DNA from: an uncultured Fidelibacterota bacterium
Lineage (GTDB): Bacteria > Fidelibacterota > Marinisomatia > Marinisomatales > UBA1611
Length of the DNA stretch: 64,000 nucleotides
Direction of reading: 5' to 3'
Assembly (NCBI GenBank): GCA_902602795.1
Contig: CACKSF010000001.1
Span: 5,601-69,600, forward strand
A program made the position numbers and the translations under genes. The notes under the pieces are model-generated. The model made no database searches, was not told where the DNA came from, and saw only the letters and a program-made list of their open reading frames with translations. How positions within the stretch are numbered: position 1 is the first letter of the stretch; each line of letters starts with the position of its first letter. Below are positions 27,077-37,354 of the stretch, in pieces.

Positions 27077-28522
27077 TTAGCCTACACTTCCTTCTAAGGT
27101 TACTTCCATTAATTTTGTAGCTTCAACAGCAAATTCCATCGGTAACTCATTAAAAACTTCTTTGCAAAATCCATTTACGATCATAGATACAGCATCATCG
27201 ATAGAGATACCTCTTTGCGAACAATAAAACAGTTGATCCTCGCCAATATTTGATGTTGTGGCTTCATGTTCCATTTTAGCGGTAGGGTTTTTTACCTCAA
27301 TATAGGGAAATGTGTGAGCACCGCATTTATCACCAATTAGAATCGAATCACATTGTGAAAAATTTCTTGAATTTTCTGCATTTTTCATAATCTTTACTTC
27401 TCCTCTGTAAGTTTGTTGCCCTTTACCTGCAGAGATGCCTTTGGATATGATAGTACTTTTAGTATTTTTCCCAATGTGAATCATTTTTGTACCTGTATCA
27501 GCCTGCTGGAAATTATTTGTAACGGCCACTGAATAGAATTCACCAACTGAATTATCACCTTTTAAAATACAAGAAGGATATTTCCATGTAATCGCTGATC
27601 CTGTTTCCACTTGTGTCCATGAGATTCTTGAGTTTTGTCCTAAACAGGTTCCTCTCTTCGTTACAAAATTATAAATACCACCTTTCCCAGTCTTAGGATC
27701 CCCTGGATACCAATTTTGAACCGTTGAATATTTTATAGTAGCATCTTTGTGTGCGACTAATTCTACAACTGCTGCATGTAATTGGTTCTCATCCCTCATC
27801 GGAGCTGTGCAACCCTCTAAATAACTTACGTGGCTGCCTTCATCGGCAATAATAAGGGTTCTTTCAAATTGTCCGGTTTTTGCTTCATTAATTCTAAAAT
27901 AAGTTGAGAGTTCCATAGGGCAACGCACCCCTTTTGGAATGTATACAAAAGAGCCATCTGTGAAAACAGCAGAATTCAGAGCAGCAAAGTAGTTATCTGA
28001 GCTAGGAATTACAGTACCTAGATATTTTTGGATTAATTTTGGATAGTTTTTTACAGCATCTGAAAAGCTACAAAAAACAACTCCTGCTTTTTTTAGTTCA
28101 TCTTTGAATGTTGTTGCTACAGATACACTGTCAAAAACTGCATCTACCGCTATCCCGTTCAACATTTTTTGTTCGTCAAGCGGGATGCCTAATTTATTGT
28201 AAGTTTCCAAAAGTTGAGGATCTACCTCATCTAGACTAGAAAGCTGTTTCTTTTTCGGTTCTGAAAAGTAGCTTATGGATTGATAATTAATTTCTGGATA
28301 AGAAATTTTACCCCAGCCAGGTTTTTTCATTTTTTTCCACCGTTTTAAAGATTTCAACCTCCAGTCTAAAAGCCATCTAGGTTCATCTTTCTTTTTAGAA
28401 ATGGTGCGAATTACATTTTCATTTAATCCAGGAGGAAGGGTTTCGGATTCAATGTCTGTCACAAAACCATATTCATAGTCTTTATTTAAATTTGATTCTA
28501 TTATTTGTTGTTCGTTTGACAT
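27077..28522 (-). CDS. sufB: Fe-S cluster assembly scaffold SufB
   Basis: Highly conserved SufB sequence (..[13 protein letters not shown].., ..[12 protein letters not shown].., ..[21 protein letters not shown]..). I prefer the Met start MSNEQQ (~28522) to the GTG at 28576, which overlaps sufA. Confidence 0.9.
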   Translation of the reverse strand: MSNEQQIIESNLNKDYEYGFVTDIESETLPPGLNENVIRTISKKKDEPRWLLDWRLKSLKRWKKMKKPGWGKISYPEINYQSISYFSEPKKKQLSSLDEVDPQLLETYNKLGIPLDEQKMLNGIAVDAVFDSVSVATTFKDELKKAGVVFCSFSDAVKNYPKLIQKYLGTVIPSSDNYFAALNSAVFTDGSFVYIPKGVRCPMELSTYFRINEAKTGQFERTLIIADEGSHVSYLEGCTAPMRDENQLHAAVVELVAHKDATIKYSTVQNWYPGDPKTGKGGIYNFVTKRGTCLGQNSRISWTQVETGSAITWKYPSCILKGDNSVGEFYSVAVTNNFQQADTGTKMIHIGKNTKSTIISKGISAGKGQQTYRGEVKIMKNAENSRNFSQCDSILIGDKCGAHTFPYIEVKNPTAKMEHEATTSNIGEDQLFYCSQRGISIDDAVSMIVNGFCKEVFNELPMEFAVEATKLMEVTLEGSVG

Positions 28523-28545
28523 GTTTTCTCTTATAAAAATAATTT

Positions 28546-28935
28546 TTACGCTGAAAAACTGGTTCCGCAACCACACGTTCTTTCAGCATTAGGATTCGTA
28601 ATTTTAAAGCCACCGTTTAGAAGATCATCTGAATAATCAATTTTAACATCTTTAAGATATAGCCAGCTTTTAAGATCGCAAATGACCGTTAGCCCGTTAC
28701 TTTTGAAGACCTTATCAAATTCTTTTTGTTTTTCATCAAAATCCATTTTATACGTCATGCCTGAGCAACCACCACCCTCTACAGACATCCTTAGAAAGTA
28801 ATTTTCTTTATTGTCTGATTTCATGACGCCTTTAAGTCTTTTAACTGCATTTTTGGTAACAAAGATAGAGGCATTTTGAAATTCCTCTTGTTTGGATTTT
28901 ATTGATGCTTTTTGCTCATTTAGTGTGTTTTTCAT
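28546..28935 (-). CDS. sufA: IscA/SufA/HesB-type Fe-S carrier
   Basis: GGGCSGM and C-terminal CGCGTSFS cluster-ligand motifs. The ATG at 28935 forms an ATGA overlap with the upstream stop. Confidence 0.85.
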   Translation of the reverse strand: MKNTLNEQKASIKSKQEEFQNASIFVTKNAVKRLKGVMKSDNKENYFLRMSVEGGGCSGMTYKMDFDEKQKEFDKVFKSNGLTVICDLKSWLYLKDVKIDYSDDLLNGGFKITNPNAERTCGCGTSFSA

Positions 28936-29288
28936 TCCCACTCCACATTAATTTTTTGATCATTACTTTTAGTTTTTACAGGATCATATCCTAATTTTTC
29001 TCTAGCATAATCGGTCATCATCTCTGGTGTCCAAGGAGGATCAAAAGTTACGGTTACTTCGATATTATTTATTTCTTTCAGCGCCTCAATTTTATTTTTG
29101 ATGTCACCTGCCATATGTTGTCCCATTGTACATCCAGGAGTAGTAAGCGACATGGTAATTTTTACATCTCTTTTATTATTTTTGGTGTTAGTAATATTAA
29201 TATCATATATTAAACCAAGATTCCATAAATCAATTGGTATTTCTGGGTCGTAGCATTGTTTAAGAATGTCTATTATTTTTGCTTTCAT
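28932..29288 (-). CDS. DUF59 (MIP18/PaaD-like) Fe-S assembly protein
   Basis: CYDPEIPIDLWNLGLIY...LTTPGCTMG; 118 aa. Confidence 0.75.
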   Translation of the reverse strand: MKAKIIDILKQCYDPEIPIDLWNLGLIYDINITNTKNNKRDVKITMSLTTPGCTMGQHMAGDIKNKIEALKEINNIEVTVTFDPPWTPEMMTDYAREKLGYDPVKTKSNDQKINVEWE

Positions 29289-29686
29289 TTGAACGTAATA
29301 TCTGCTAAGGTCATTTTATCAAACATAGAGCGAATACTGTTATTTATACGATTTATTGGCTCTCTAATAGTACATCCACTTAATTGTTCACAATTACTAT
29401 CAAAATAGCAATCTACGATTCCCATAGGACCCTCCATGATTTCAAAAAATTTTGTCATATTAATAGTGTTTGAATCTTTAGAAATTTTGTAACCGCCTTT
29501 CGGTCCTTTGACTGATAAAATAATATTTTCTTTCGATAGTTTCTGAAGAATTTTAGCAAGCAATTCTTTAGGAATTCCATACTCTGTAGACAAAGTCTTG
29601 GCAGAGCATAATTTACCCCGCTCATTTTGTTGAAGATGGCGAAGAGCTATTAGTGCATATTCAACTTTTCTGGTGATTTTTAACAT
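29285..29686 (-). CDS. Rrf2-family transcriptional regulator (IscR/SufR-like)
   Basis: MLKITRKVEYALIALRHL.. Rrf2 HTH start. C-terminal Cys residues (CYFDSNCEQLSGC) could ligate a cluster. Confidence 0.85.
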   Translation of the reverse strand: MLKITRKVEYALIALRHLQQNERGKLCSAKTLSTEYGIPKELLAKILQKLSKENIILSVKGPKGGYKISKDSNTINMTKFFEIMEGPMGIVDCYFDSNCEQLSGCTIREPINRINNSIRSMFDKMTLADITFK

Positions 29687-29768
29687 ATGTATTTATTAAT
29701 AATTCCATGTTATGGAAAAATATGAATATGAATCAAGTATATAATACGATGATTTTAGTCGTATATAA

Positions 29769-30806
29769 CTAAGTAACTTTTATAAGGGTTGAGTTTTTAT
29801 CAGAAATATGACCGATTATTTTCGCCTCAGGATAAATTGAGTCTACAAATATCTTTGCATCCTCTGGGTTTAAAGCTATCAGCAGTCCTCCAGATGTTTG
29901 AGCATCACAAGTTAAATATCTTTGCGTATTACTTAATTTGGAATCAAATGCTATATCATTTTTTAAATATTCAAAATTTCTTCTTGTTCCTCCTGGTATG
30001 ATACCAGATTCAGCCAAGGTATCCACGGAAGGGAGAAAGTCCAACTCAGAAAAATAAATTTCTGAAGAAACTTTACTGCCTTTACAAATTTCTGCTAAAT
30101 GTCCTAATAAACCAAACCCGGTAACATCAGTAACAGCATGAATATCAAACGGTTTCAGGCCGTCTGCTGCTTTTTTATTAAGCATAGACATATTTTTTAT
30201 TGCGATATTTATAATTTCGTCAGTTACAAGACCTTTTTTTATTGCTGTCGCTATAATTCCTGTACCAAGCGGTTTTGTTAGTACTAAAGAATCTCCAGGT
30301 CGTGCTCCTGAATTTTTCCACATTTTTGATTCTTGAACCTCGCCTGTTACTACCAAACCATATTTGGGTTCTTTGTCATCAACGGAATGTCCTCCAACAA
30401 TAGGTATACCAGCTTCATTAGCTTTATCTGCTCCTCCTTGTAGAATTTCCGTAAGCATTGCTTTTGGTAGATCATTTATAGGAAAGCCTGCTATATTAAG
30501 GGCAAACAGTGGTTTTGCTCCCATTGCGTATATATCAGATAGTGAATTTGCAGCTGCGATTTGTCCAAAGTCATAAGGGCTATCAACGACAGGGGTGAAG
30601 AAATCAACAGTTTGCACCAATAATTTCCCATCACTTAGTCTTACCGCAGCTGCATCATCGGACCCATGGAATCCAAGCACTACAGAATCATGATTTGGTT
30701 GTTTCAAATTCGCTAAAACTTCTGAAAGGTCACCCGGACCAATTTTACATGCTCAGCCAGATCCGTGACTAAGAGTCGTGAGTCTTATTTTTTCTCGATC
30801 ATTCAT
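29769..30806 (-). CDS. selD: selenide, water dikinase (selenophosphate synthetase), selenocysteine-containing form
   Basis: The ORF track starts at 30707, but the frame stays meaningful upstream to ATG 30806: MNDREKIRLTTLSHGSG-TGA-ACKIGPGDLSEVLANLKQPNHD. TGA (30753-30755) aligns with Cys17 of the E. coli HGAGCGCK motif. The rest is AIR-synthase-like SelD (DDAAAV, GHSVDD). Confidence 0.85.
30714..30747 (-). promoter_or_regulatory. candidate bacterial SECIS stem-loop downstream of the selD UGA
   Basis: mRNA UAAAAUU-GGUC-CGGGU-GACC-(UUUCAGA)-AGUUUUA. The apical loop starts 16 nt after the UGA and contains GGU. The stem is imperfect, so this is a hand-fold only. Confidence 0.4.
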
Positions 30807-30812
30807 GTCTTT

Positions 30813-32795
30813 TTAGCCTTCATCTTGGGCAAGTACAACAAACCCATCTTTTGAAGAAATATTAAAAAGGGTATTCTTATCTGGAATTAATTTAATCCCA
30901 AACATTTTCTCTTTATCTTTATGCTCTTTGTAAAGTTGCAATCCTAAAACTATCTCATTACGTAATTGAGCTGCCTGCATACATTCGCCATACTTTATAG
31001 TAATCGAACCAGAATCTGAAAAGTTAAAATAGTTGGAGGCAGGTTTTATATATATTTCACTACCGTCAGCATGGAATAAATCGTCGTAAACATCTAGAGC
31101 TAGTGGCTCCTCTGACACTTGGGCCATAATTTGTGAGACAAATTGATTTGATACCATGAAATCTTCAACCCCGCTGTTTAAAATAATATCTATGTTTTCA
31201 CTATCCATTACTTCCGTAATCAGTTTTGGCCAATCGTAATTCTGAGATTCAGTACCAACCTTCGCAAGCAGTATTTGTCTTATACGAATTAGCAACGATA
31301 TAACATAGGCATCCATTTCTTCTATGGTTGCTCCACCCGGAGAAAGGATAAGGATACTATCAAAACTTTGAGGATCTATATTTTCTAGATCTTTCAGTTC
31401 GTTAAAATCAATATCTTTTATATCTATTTTTATATCAGGATATCTATCTGCTAACGATTTTTTTGTGGTTTCCATGTCATTGGATAAGGACGATGCAAAC
31501 ACATTTATTTCGGAATTTTTCTGCAAATAGCTACAGAGTTTTTCAACAATTATTTTTGTCTTTGGTGTCCAGTTTAACAAAGCAACTCGTTGGGTGTGAA
31601 CATCTAATTGTACTTTTGGTATTGAATTAATGGTAGGAGTAAATACGGCCTCACTAAAATATTTAATTGTTGAATCATCTTCAGCAAAAATAATGAGTTC
31701 ATCATCAGAATTTATAGGTTTATCTTTTGCAGGGTTTAAAATGATTTTACCTTCGGAAGTGTGTATTCCCATTGGTGTGCTACTATGAAAGCGGTTTATG
31801 CTTTCTTCAAAAGTGAGGTTGCTAGACCAACCTTCATTTGGTTTGTAAAAATAGAATTCATTTCCATCAAAGCCAACCATATCACCGTAGACCACAGATA
31901 AGCCATTTCGACTAAGTGCTAATTGAGCTATCATTCGAGATAATACGCTTACTTCGTTTAAAGCCTTCACTGTCCCATTTGAAATATTTTGAGCAAGATC
32001 TCGATCTCGGTCTGAGTGTATCTCGCAAACTATGGGTGGATGTTCTTTACCTTCACACACTGCAATAATTGACATAATTGATTTTAAAACCAATGCATCA
32101 GCAAGGGTTTTTTCTTGTTCAGGTTGCCAACTTGCAGCGCTATTAATTATGATGATGGATTTGGCATTTTCTGCCATTACTTTTTTCAAATTATTAATAT
32201 TCGTAACAACACCAGACCTTGTTATTACTCGTGTAGTCTTAAAATCAAGAATATTATCGCGTATATAATTATCCATATTTTCTTTATCATCTTCTGCTAA
32301 AATAACTATTGCTGCATCTGGTTCTGAATCATTTGCCTCTATCAATTCTCGAATAATTTCTAAGATCCTATCGCCGAATCCTAAAATTAGCGTGTGATTA
32401 TTTTCAAGTACGATACTACGCCCTCTACGCAAATCATCTAACTTTGCTTCAAAAACGCTGGTGATAAATGCAACCATACTAGAAAACAGAATTAGTCCCA
32501 CCAAAACTCCTAAGATGGAACTGAGTTTTGCTAGCCAATTGCTGTCTCCATCTGTTTCTGCAGCAGATCCTTCCATTACAGCAACATAAACTCTCCATGG
32601 AATCTCTAGCCAACTATCCAAAGTATCGTCTGGAAAAAAAGAATTGGCTATCAATCTTACAAAAACCATAATAATGAAACCAATTAAGAAGGTAAGAAGC
32701 AGCGCCATAAAAATGGAGGAGCTTCCCCTAGACATGTAATTATCAATTGCATATCTAAGTCTTTGCTTTAGTGGATATTGTGGTATCTTTACCAT
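30813..32795 (-). CDS. Castor/Pollux-like putative ion channel with tandem RCK (TrkA-N-like) domains
   Basis: N-terminus RLRYAIDNYMSRGSSS followed by TM helices, then two Rossmann-like RCK regions (HTLILGFGDR.., ALLNWTPKTK..). Family call is from memory of bacterial Castor homologues. Confidence 0.55.
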   Translation of the reverse strand: MVKIPQYPLKQRLRYAIDNYMSRGSSSIFMALLLTFLIGFIIMVFVRLIANSFFPDDTLDSWLEIPWRVYVAVMEGSAAETDGDSNWLAKLSSILGVLVGLILFSSMVAFITSVFEAKLDDLRRGRSIVLENNHTLILGFGDRILEIIRELIEANDSEPDAAIVILAEDDKENMDNYIRDNILDFKTTRVITRSGVVTNINNLKKVMAENAKSIIIINSAASWQPEQEKTLADALVLKSIMSIIAVCEGKEHPPIVCEIHSDRDRDLAQNISNGTVKALNEVSVLSRMIAQLALSRNGLSVVYGDMVGFDGNEFYFYKPNEGWSSNLTFEESINRFHSSTPMGIHTSEGKIILNPAKDKPINSDDELIIFAEDDSTIKYFSEAVFTPTINSIPKVQLDVHTQRVALLNWTPKTKIIVEKLCSYLQKNSEINVFASSLSNDMETTKKSLADRYPDIKIDIKDIDFNELKDLENIDPQSFDSILILSPGGATIEEMDAYVISLLIRIRQILLAKVGTESQNYDWPKLITEVMDSENIDIILNSGVEDFMVSNQFVSQIMAQVSEEPLALDVYDDLFHADGSEIYIKPASNYFNFSDSGSITIKYGECMQAAQLRNEIVLGLQLYKEHKDKEKMFGIKLIPDKNTLFNISSKDGFVVLAQDEG

Positions 32796-33004
32796 ATCGA
32801 AAGTCTCTTAATCAGTTATTTAGCAGTCTTAAATCTTAAAAATAAAATAAGCAATAAGTGTAATTAATTTGTTTTTGGAATAAGGGGCACCTGCCTAAAT
32901 TCAAAAATAATAATTTTGGCAAAAAACTATTTTAAGGCAGATATTTAAAAATTTTTTTTAATCTGATTTTTTCTACAAAATAGATAATAAGGTATAAAAT
33001 AAAA

Positions 33005-34846
33005 ATGGGAAAAAATTTTAAAACAATTGATGAAGCTGTAATTAGGTTTGCTGGAGACTCTGGTGATGGAATGCAGCTAACCGGTGGACGTTTTACCGAA
33101 ACCACAGCCATTGTGGGTAATGATCTCAGTACACTCCCTGATTTTCCAGCTGAAATTCGCGCACCAGCAGGATCGTTGGCTGGCGTAAGTGCTTTTCAGC
33201 TTAAATTTTCATCAAAAGACATCCATACTCCAGGTGATAAACCGGATGTGTTGGTTGCTATGAATCCAGCTGCATTAAAAGTTCATCAGAAAGATGTAAT
33301 ACCAGGTGGAACTATTATAATGAACACAGATGCTTTTGTAAAAAAGAACCTTAATTTCGCTGGATATGATTCAAATCCAGCGGAAGATGGATCCTTAGAT
33401 GACTACTTTACTATTATTCCTATCGAAATGAATAAAATGGTGAAAGCAGCCTGTGAGGATCTTGACTTAAATGGGAAATTAGTTCTTCGAACCAAGAATT
33501 TCTTTGCATTGGGTGTATTATTTTACATGTATGATCGCCCTTTGGATGCAACTGAATCTTGGCTAAAGAAAAAATTTGCAGGCAAAGATGATATTATTGA
33601 AGCAAATACTAGAGCTATGAATGCTGGATATAATTATGCGGACACTACTGAGTTATTCACTACTAGGTTTAAAGTCGAAAAGGCATCTCTTCCACCTGGA
33701 ACATATAGAAATATTAATGGTAATTACGCAACTTCACTCGGCTTATTAGCTGCCGCAGAAAAGTCTGGTCTTGAATTATTTTTAGGAAGTTATCCAATAA
33801 CACCTGCTAGCGATATTTTACATACATTGTCCGCTTGGAAACACTTTGGTGTAAAAACTTTTCAAGCTGAGGATGAAATTGCTGGGGTAACCTCCGCTAT
33901 TGGAGCGGCTTATACTGGAAGTTTAGCTATAACAACTACATCCGGACCCGGTATAGCGTTGAAAGGTGAAGCCCTGGGCCTTGCAATTATGACTGAACTA
34001 CCTCTCGTAGTCATTAATGTGCAGAGAGGTGGGCCTAGTACAGGTTTACCTACCAAAACAGAACAATCAGATTTAAATCAAGCACTCTATGGACGAAATG
34101 GAGAGGCTCCAATGCCAGTAATCGCAGCATCTACTCCAGGTGACTGTTTTTTTGCTGCATATGAGGCTTGTAGAATTGCAGTAAAACATATGACTCCTGT
34201 TATGCTTCTTACTGATGGCTATTTAGCAAATGGTTCAGAACCTTGGAATATCCCAAATGTTGAAGAACTTGAAACATTTGAGGTGAAATTTGCTGAAAAA
34301 CCAAATGCTGATGGTGATTTTTTCCCATACCTTAGAGATGAAAAAACCTTAGCGAGGCCTTGGGCTATACCAGGAACGCCAGGTTTAGAGCATAGGGTTG
34401 GTGGTATTGAGACAGCTGAAAACACTGGGCATGTTAGCTATGATCCGGAAAACCATCATAATATGGTTGTTGCTAGGCAAGAAAAAGTAAATAAAGTACA
34501 GAATGATATTGCTCAGACCGAAGTTTTTGGTGAAGGTAGCGGTGATCTTCTCGTTTTAAGTTGGGGAGGCACATATGGTGCATGTCGTTCAGCGGTAGAG
34601 ACTCTTCAAGAAAATGGGAAAAAAGTTTCGCACGTTCATGTTAGATGGATTAGCCCTCTTCCAAAAGATTTAGGTGAAATTTTAATTCAATTTAAAAACA
34701 TATTAGTCCCTGAGATAAATCTGGGGCAATTTCTAAGATTAATTAGGTCAGAATACCTTGTTGATGCCAAAGGTCTAAATTTAGTTAGAGGTAGACCAAT
34801 TGGTGCAGCAACAATTGTAGAGGCCGTAAACAAAACATTGGGATAG
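33005..34846 (+). CDS. korA: 2-oxoglutarate/2-oxoacid:ferredoxin oxidoreductase alpha subunit (gamma-alpha fusion)
   Basis: N-terminus IRFAGDSGDGMQLTG (gamma-type), central GSYPITPASDIL and TTSGPGIALKGEALG. Confidence 0.85.
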   Translation: MGKNFKTIDEAVIRFAGDSGDGMQLTGGRFTETTAIVGNDLSTLPDFPAEIRAPAGSLAGVSAFQLKFSSKDIHTPGDKPDVLVAMNPAALKVHQKDVIPGGTIIMNTDAFVKKNLNFAGYDSNPAEDGSLDDYFTIIPIEMNKMVKAACEDLDLNGKLVLRTKNFFALGVLFYMYDRPLDATESWLKKKFAGKDDIIEANTRAMNAGYNYADTTELFTTRFKVEKASLPPGTYRNINGNYATSLGLLAAAEKSGLELFLGSYPITPASDILHTLSAWKHFGVKTFQAEDEIAGVTSAIGAAYTGSLAITTTSGPGIALKGEALGLAIMTELPLVVINVQRGGPSTGLPTKTEQSDLNQALYGRNGEAPMPVIAASTPGDCFFAAYEACRIAVKHMTPVMLLTDGYLANGSEPWNIPNVEELETFEVKFAEKPNADGDFFPYLRDEKTLARPWAIPGTPGLEHRVGGIETAENTGHVSYDPENHHNMVVARQEKVNKVQNDIAQTEVFGEGSGDLLVLSWGGTYGACRSAVETLQENGKKVSHVHVRWISPLPKDLGEILIQFKNILVPEINLGQFLRLIRSEYLVDAKGLNLVRGRPIGAATIVEAVNKTLG

Positions 34847-34849
34847 ATT

Positions 34850-35857
34850 ATGAGTGAAACACAAACTACACAACTTACAAAAAAAGACTTTGTATCCGAC
34901 CAGTCCGTTCGATGGTGTCCTGGATGTGGAGATTATGCTATACTTGCACAAGCTCAAAAACAGATGCCAACATTTGGAAGAAAAAAAGAAGATATTGTCT
35001 TTGTCTCAGGGATAGGATGCTCTAGTAGGTTCCCATATTATATGGACACGTATGGTTTTCATTCTATACATGGAAGAGCCCCAGCTGTAGCAACTGGAGT
35101 TAAGATTGCAAATCCAGAACTATCTGTTTGGGTTGTTACAGGTGATGGAGATGGTCTTTCTATAGGTGGAAACCATTTTATGCACGCTTTGAGAAGAAAT
35201 ATGGATTTAAATGTATTACTCTTTAATAATAGAATTTATGGATTGACTAAGGGGCAGTATTCTCCTACCTCAGAAGTGGGAAAGGTAACAAAAGCTACAC
35301 CATATGGATCAATTGATATTCCATTGAATCCACCATCACTAGCTCTAGGTGCACAAGCAACATTTGTTGCTCGAACAATTGATAGATGGCAAAAGCATCT
35401 AGCAGAAATGATGGATAGAGCATATAATCATGATGGAGGTTCTTTTATTGAAATATATCAAAATTGCAACATTTTTAATGATGGTGCTTTTGAAGAATAT
35501 ACTGGATCACAAAAACTTGATAATGTCATTGAATTAAAAAATGGACAGCCGATGCTTTTTGCTAAAGAAACAAAAGGTTTAAAACTAGAAGGGGCTAAAG
35601 CTGTTGTTGTGGATATGGAAAAGCACAGTTTAGATGAAATTTTAGTTCATGATGAAACTAATTTAGAATTAGCCCAAATTATATCAAACTGGACATCTAA
35701 TCCTGATCTTCCTGAACCTATAGGTGTAATATATTCCATTGATAAACCAACTTATAATCAGGATATGGTAGATCAAATTAAACATGCTAAAGATAAGAAA
35801 GGATCCGGGAAGGTACAGGATTTATTGAATGCTGGAGATACTTGGAAAGTAAGCTAG
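34850..35857 (+). CDS. korB: 2-oxoglutarate/2-oxoacid:ferredoxin oxidoreductase beta subunit (TPP-binding)
   Basis: WCPGCGDY, GIGCSSRFPYY, TGDGDGLSIGGNH TPP motif. Confidence 0.9.
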   Translation: MSETQTTQLTKKDFVSDQSVRWCPGCGDYAILAQAQKQMPTFGRKKEDIVFVSGIGCSSRFPYYMDTYGFHSIHGRAPAVATGVKIANPELSVWVVTGDGDGLSIGGNHFMHALRRNMDLNVLLFNNRIYGLTKGQYSPTSEVGKVTKATPYGSIDIPLNPPSLALGAQATFVARTIDRWQKHLAEMMDRAYNHDGGSFIEIYQNCNIFNDGAFEEYTGSQKLDNVIELKNGQPMLFAKETKGLKLEGAKAVVVDMEKHSLDEILVHDETNLELAQIISNWTSNPDLPEPIGVIYSIDKPTYNQDMVDQIKHAKDKKGSGKVQDLLNAGDTWKVS

Positions 35858-35860
35858 TTT

Positions 35861-37261
35861 ATGAAAACTCGTACCGAAAGGGATAGCATTGGTCCCATCG
35901 AAGTTCCTTCTGATAGGTATTATGGAGCACAAACCCAACGGTCTTTTGAGAATTTTAAAATAGGGAGTGAGCGCTTCCCAAGAGAATTCATTAGAGCGTA
36001 TGGATTGCTTAAGAAAGCAGCAGCCAAGGTCAATCATGACTTTGGGACTTTAGATACTAAGATTGCGGATGCAATTCATAGTGCTGCTGAAGAAGTTATT
36101 GATGGAAAATTAGACGATCATTTCCCGCTTGTTGTCTGGCAAACTGGCAGCGGCACTCAGACAAACATGAATTTTAATGAAGTTATTTCAAATAGGGCTA
36201 TTGAAATCCTTGGTGGTGAAATGGGCTCAAAAACTCCTGTACATCCAAATGATCATGTAAATATGAGTCAGTCTACAAATGATACCTTTCCTACTGCGAT
36301 AAATATTGCAGCCGTAGAAAGCATTCATAATCAATTGATTCCAGCATTACAGGATTTAAAAAGTGAGTTAAATGAAAAATCAATCGAGTATAATTCTATT
36401 GTTAAGTTAGGTCGTACGCATCTTCAGGATGCTACACCATTAAGTTTAGGGCAAGAATTTTCAGGATATGTTTCCGCTGTAGACCATGGTATTACTCGTG
36501 TTAAATCTTCATTGCATCATTGTTATGAGTTAGCAATGGGAGGAACGGCTGTAGGAACAGGAATAAATTCGGTAGATGGTTTTTCAGAAAACATAGCAGA
36601 AGAAATTTCAAAATTAACCAGTTTTCCTTTTAGAACTGCGGAAAATAAGTTTGAAGCTTTGGGTGGGCAAGATAGTATTGTGGAACTATCAGGTGTATTG
36701 AAAGTTGTAGCAGGATCTTTATATAAAATTGCAAATGATATAAGATGGTTAGCTAGTGGCCCAAGAAGTGGGATAGGTGAAATATCTTTGCCTGCAAATG
36801 AACCTGGGTCTTCAATCATGCCAGGAAAAATTAATCCTACCCAGTGTGAAGCTATGACCATGCTTTGTACTCAAGTTATTGGTAACGATATAACAATTAC
36901 TGTGGCTGGTGCTTCTGGAAATTTTGAGCTTAATGTTTATAGACCTGTGATTGCTTATAATATATTACAATCTTTAAAGCTACTTTCTGATGGATGCAGA
37001 TCCTTCACGAAAAATGCTATTATTGGTATAAAACCAAATCATGATAGGATTAATCATAATCTATATAACTCACTTATGTTAGTAACAGCATTAAACCCTC
37101 ATATTGGATACGATAATGCTGCTAGAGCTGCTAAAAAAGCATTTAATGATCAATCTAGCTTACGAGAGGCAGTCATTAAACTAGGCTTTTTATCTGCTGA
37201 AGATTTTGATAAATATGTAAATCCTGAGGAGATGATTCATCCAAAAAAAGTTACTAAATAA
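35861..37261 (+). CDS. fumC: class II fumarate hydratase
   Basis: [16 protein letters not shown] signature; [10 protein letters not shown]; 466 aa. Confidence 0.95.
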   Translation: MKTRTERDSIGPIEVPSDRYYGAQTQRSFENFKIGSERFPREFIRAYGLLKKAAAKVNHDFGTLDTKIADAIHSAAEEVIDGKLDDHFPLVVWQTGSGTQTNMNFNEVISNRAIEILGGEMGSKTPVHPNDHVNMSQSTNDTFPTAINIAAVESIHNQLIPALQDLKSELNEKSIEYNSIVKLGRTHLQDATPLSLGQEFSGYVSAVDHGITRVKSSLHHCYELAMGGTAVGTGINSVDGFSENIAEEISKLTSFPFRTAENKFEALGGQDSIVELSGVLKVVAGSLYKIANDIRWLASGPRSGIGEISLPANEPGSSIMPGKINPTQCEAMTMLCTQVIGNDITITVAGASGNFELNVYRPVIAYNILQSLKLLSDGCRSFTKNAIIGIKPNHDRINHNLYNSLMLVTALNPHIGYDNAARAAKKAFNDQSSLREAVIKLGFLSAEDFDKYVNPEEMIHPKKVTK

Positions 37262-37354
37262 ATTATATTTAGATTTTTTTAAAAAATAATAAGCAAAATA
37301 AAACTTCTTTAAATGTTAAATAAGATAAGTCTTTATAAAAAAATTTAAGTTAAG

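Noticed and set aside
27077-28576. Long 499-aa version of SufB starting at GTG 28576
   Set aside because: The extra 18 residues ([18 protein letters not shown]) overlap the sufA 3' end and are not SufB-like. The Met at MSNEQQ gives a standard ~481-aa SufB.
30708-30806. selD TGA as a nonsense mutation, or the upstream region as non-coding
   Set aside because: The upstream frame encodes the conserved SelD N-terminal glycine-rich loop. The TGA falls exactly on the Cys/Sec catalytic position, and a stem-loop lies at a SECIS-compatible distance.
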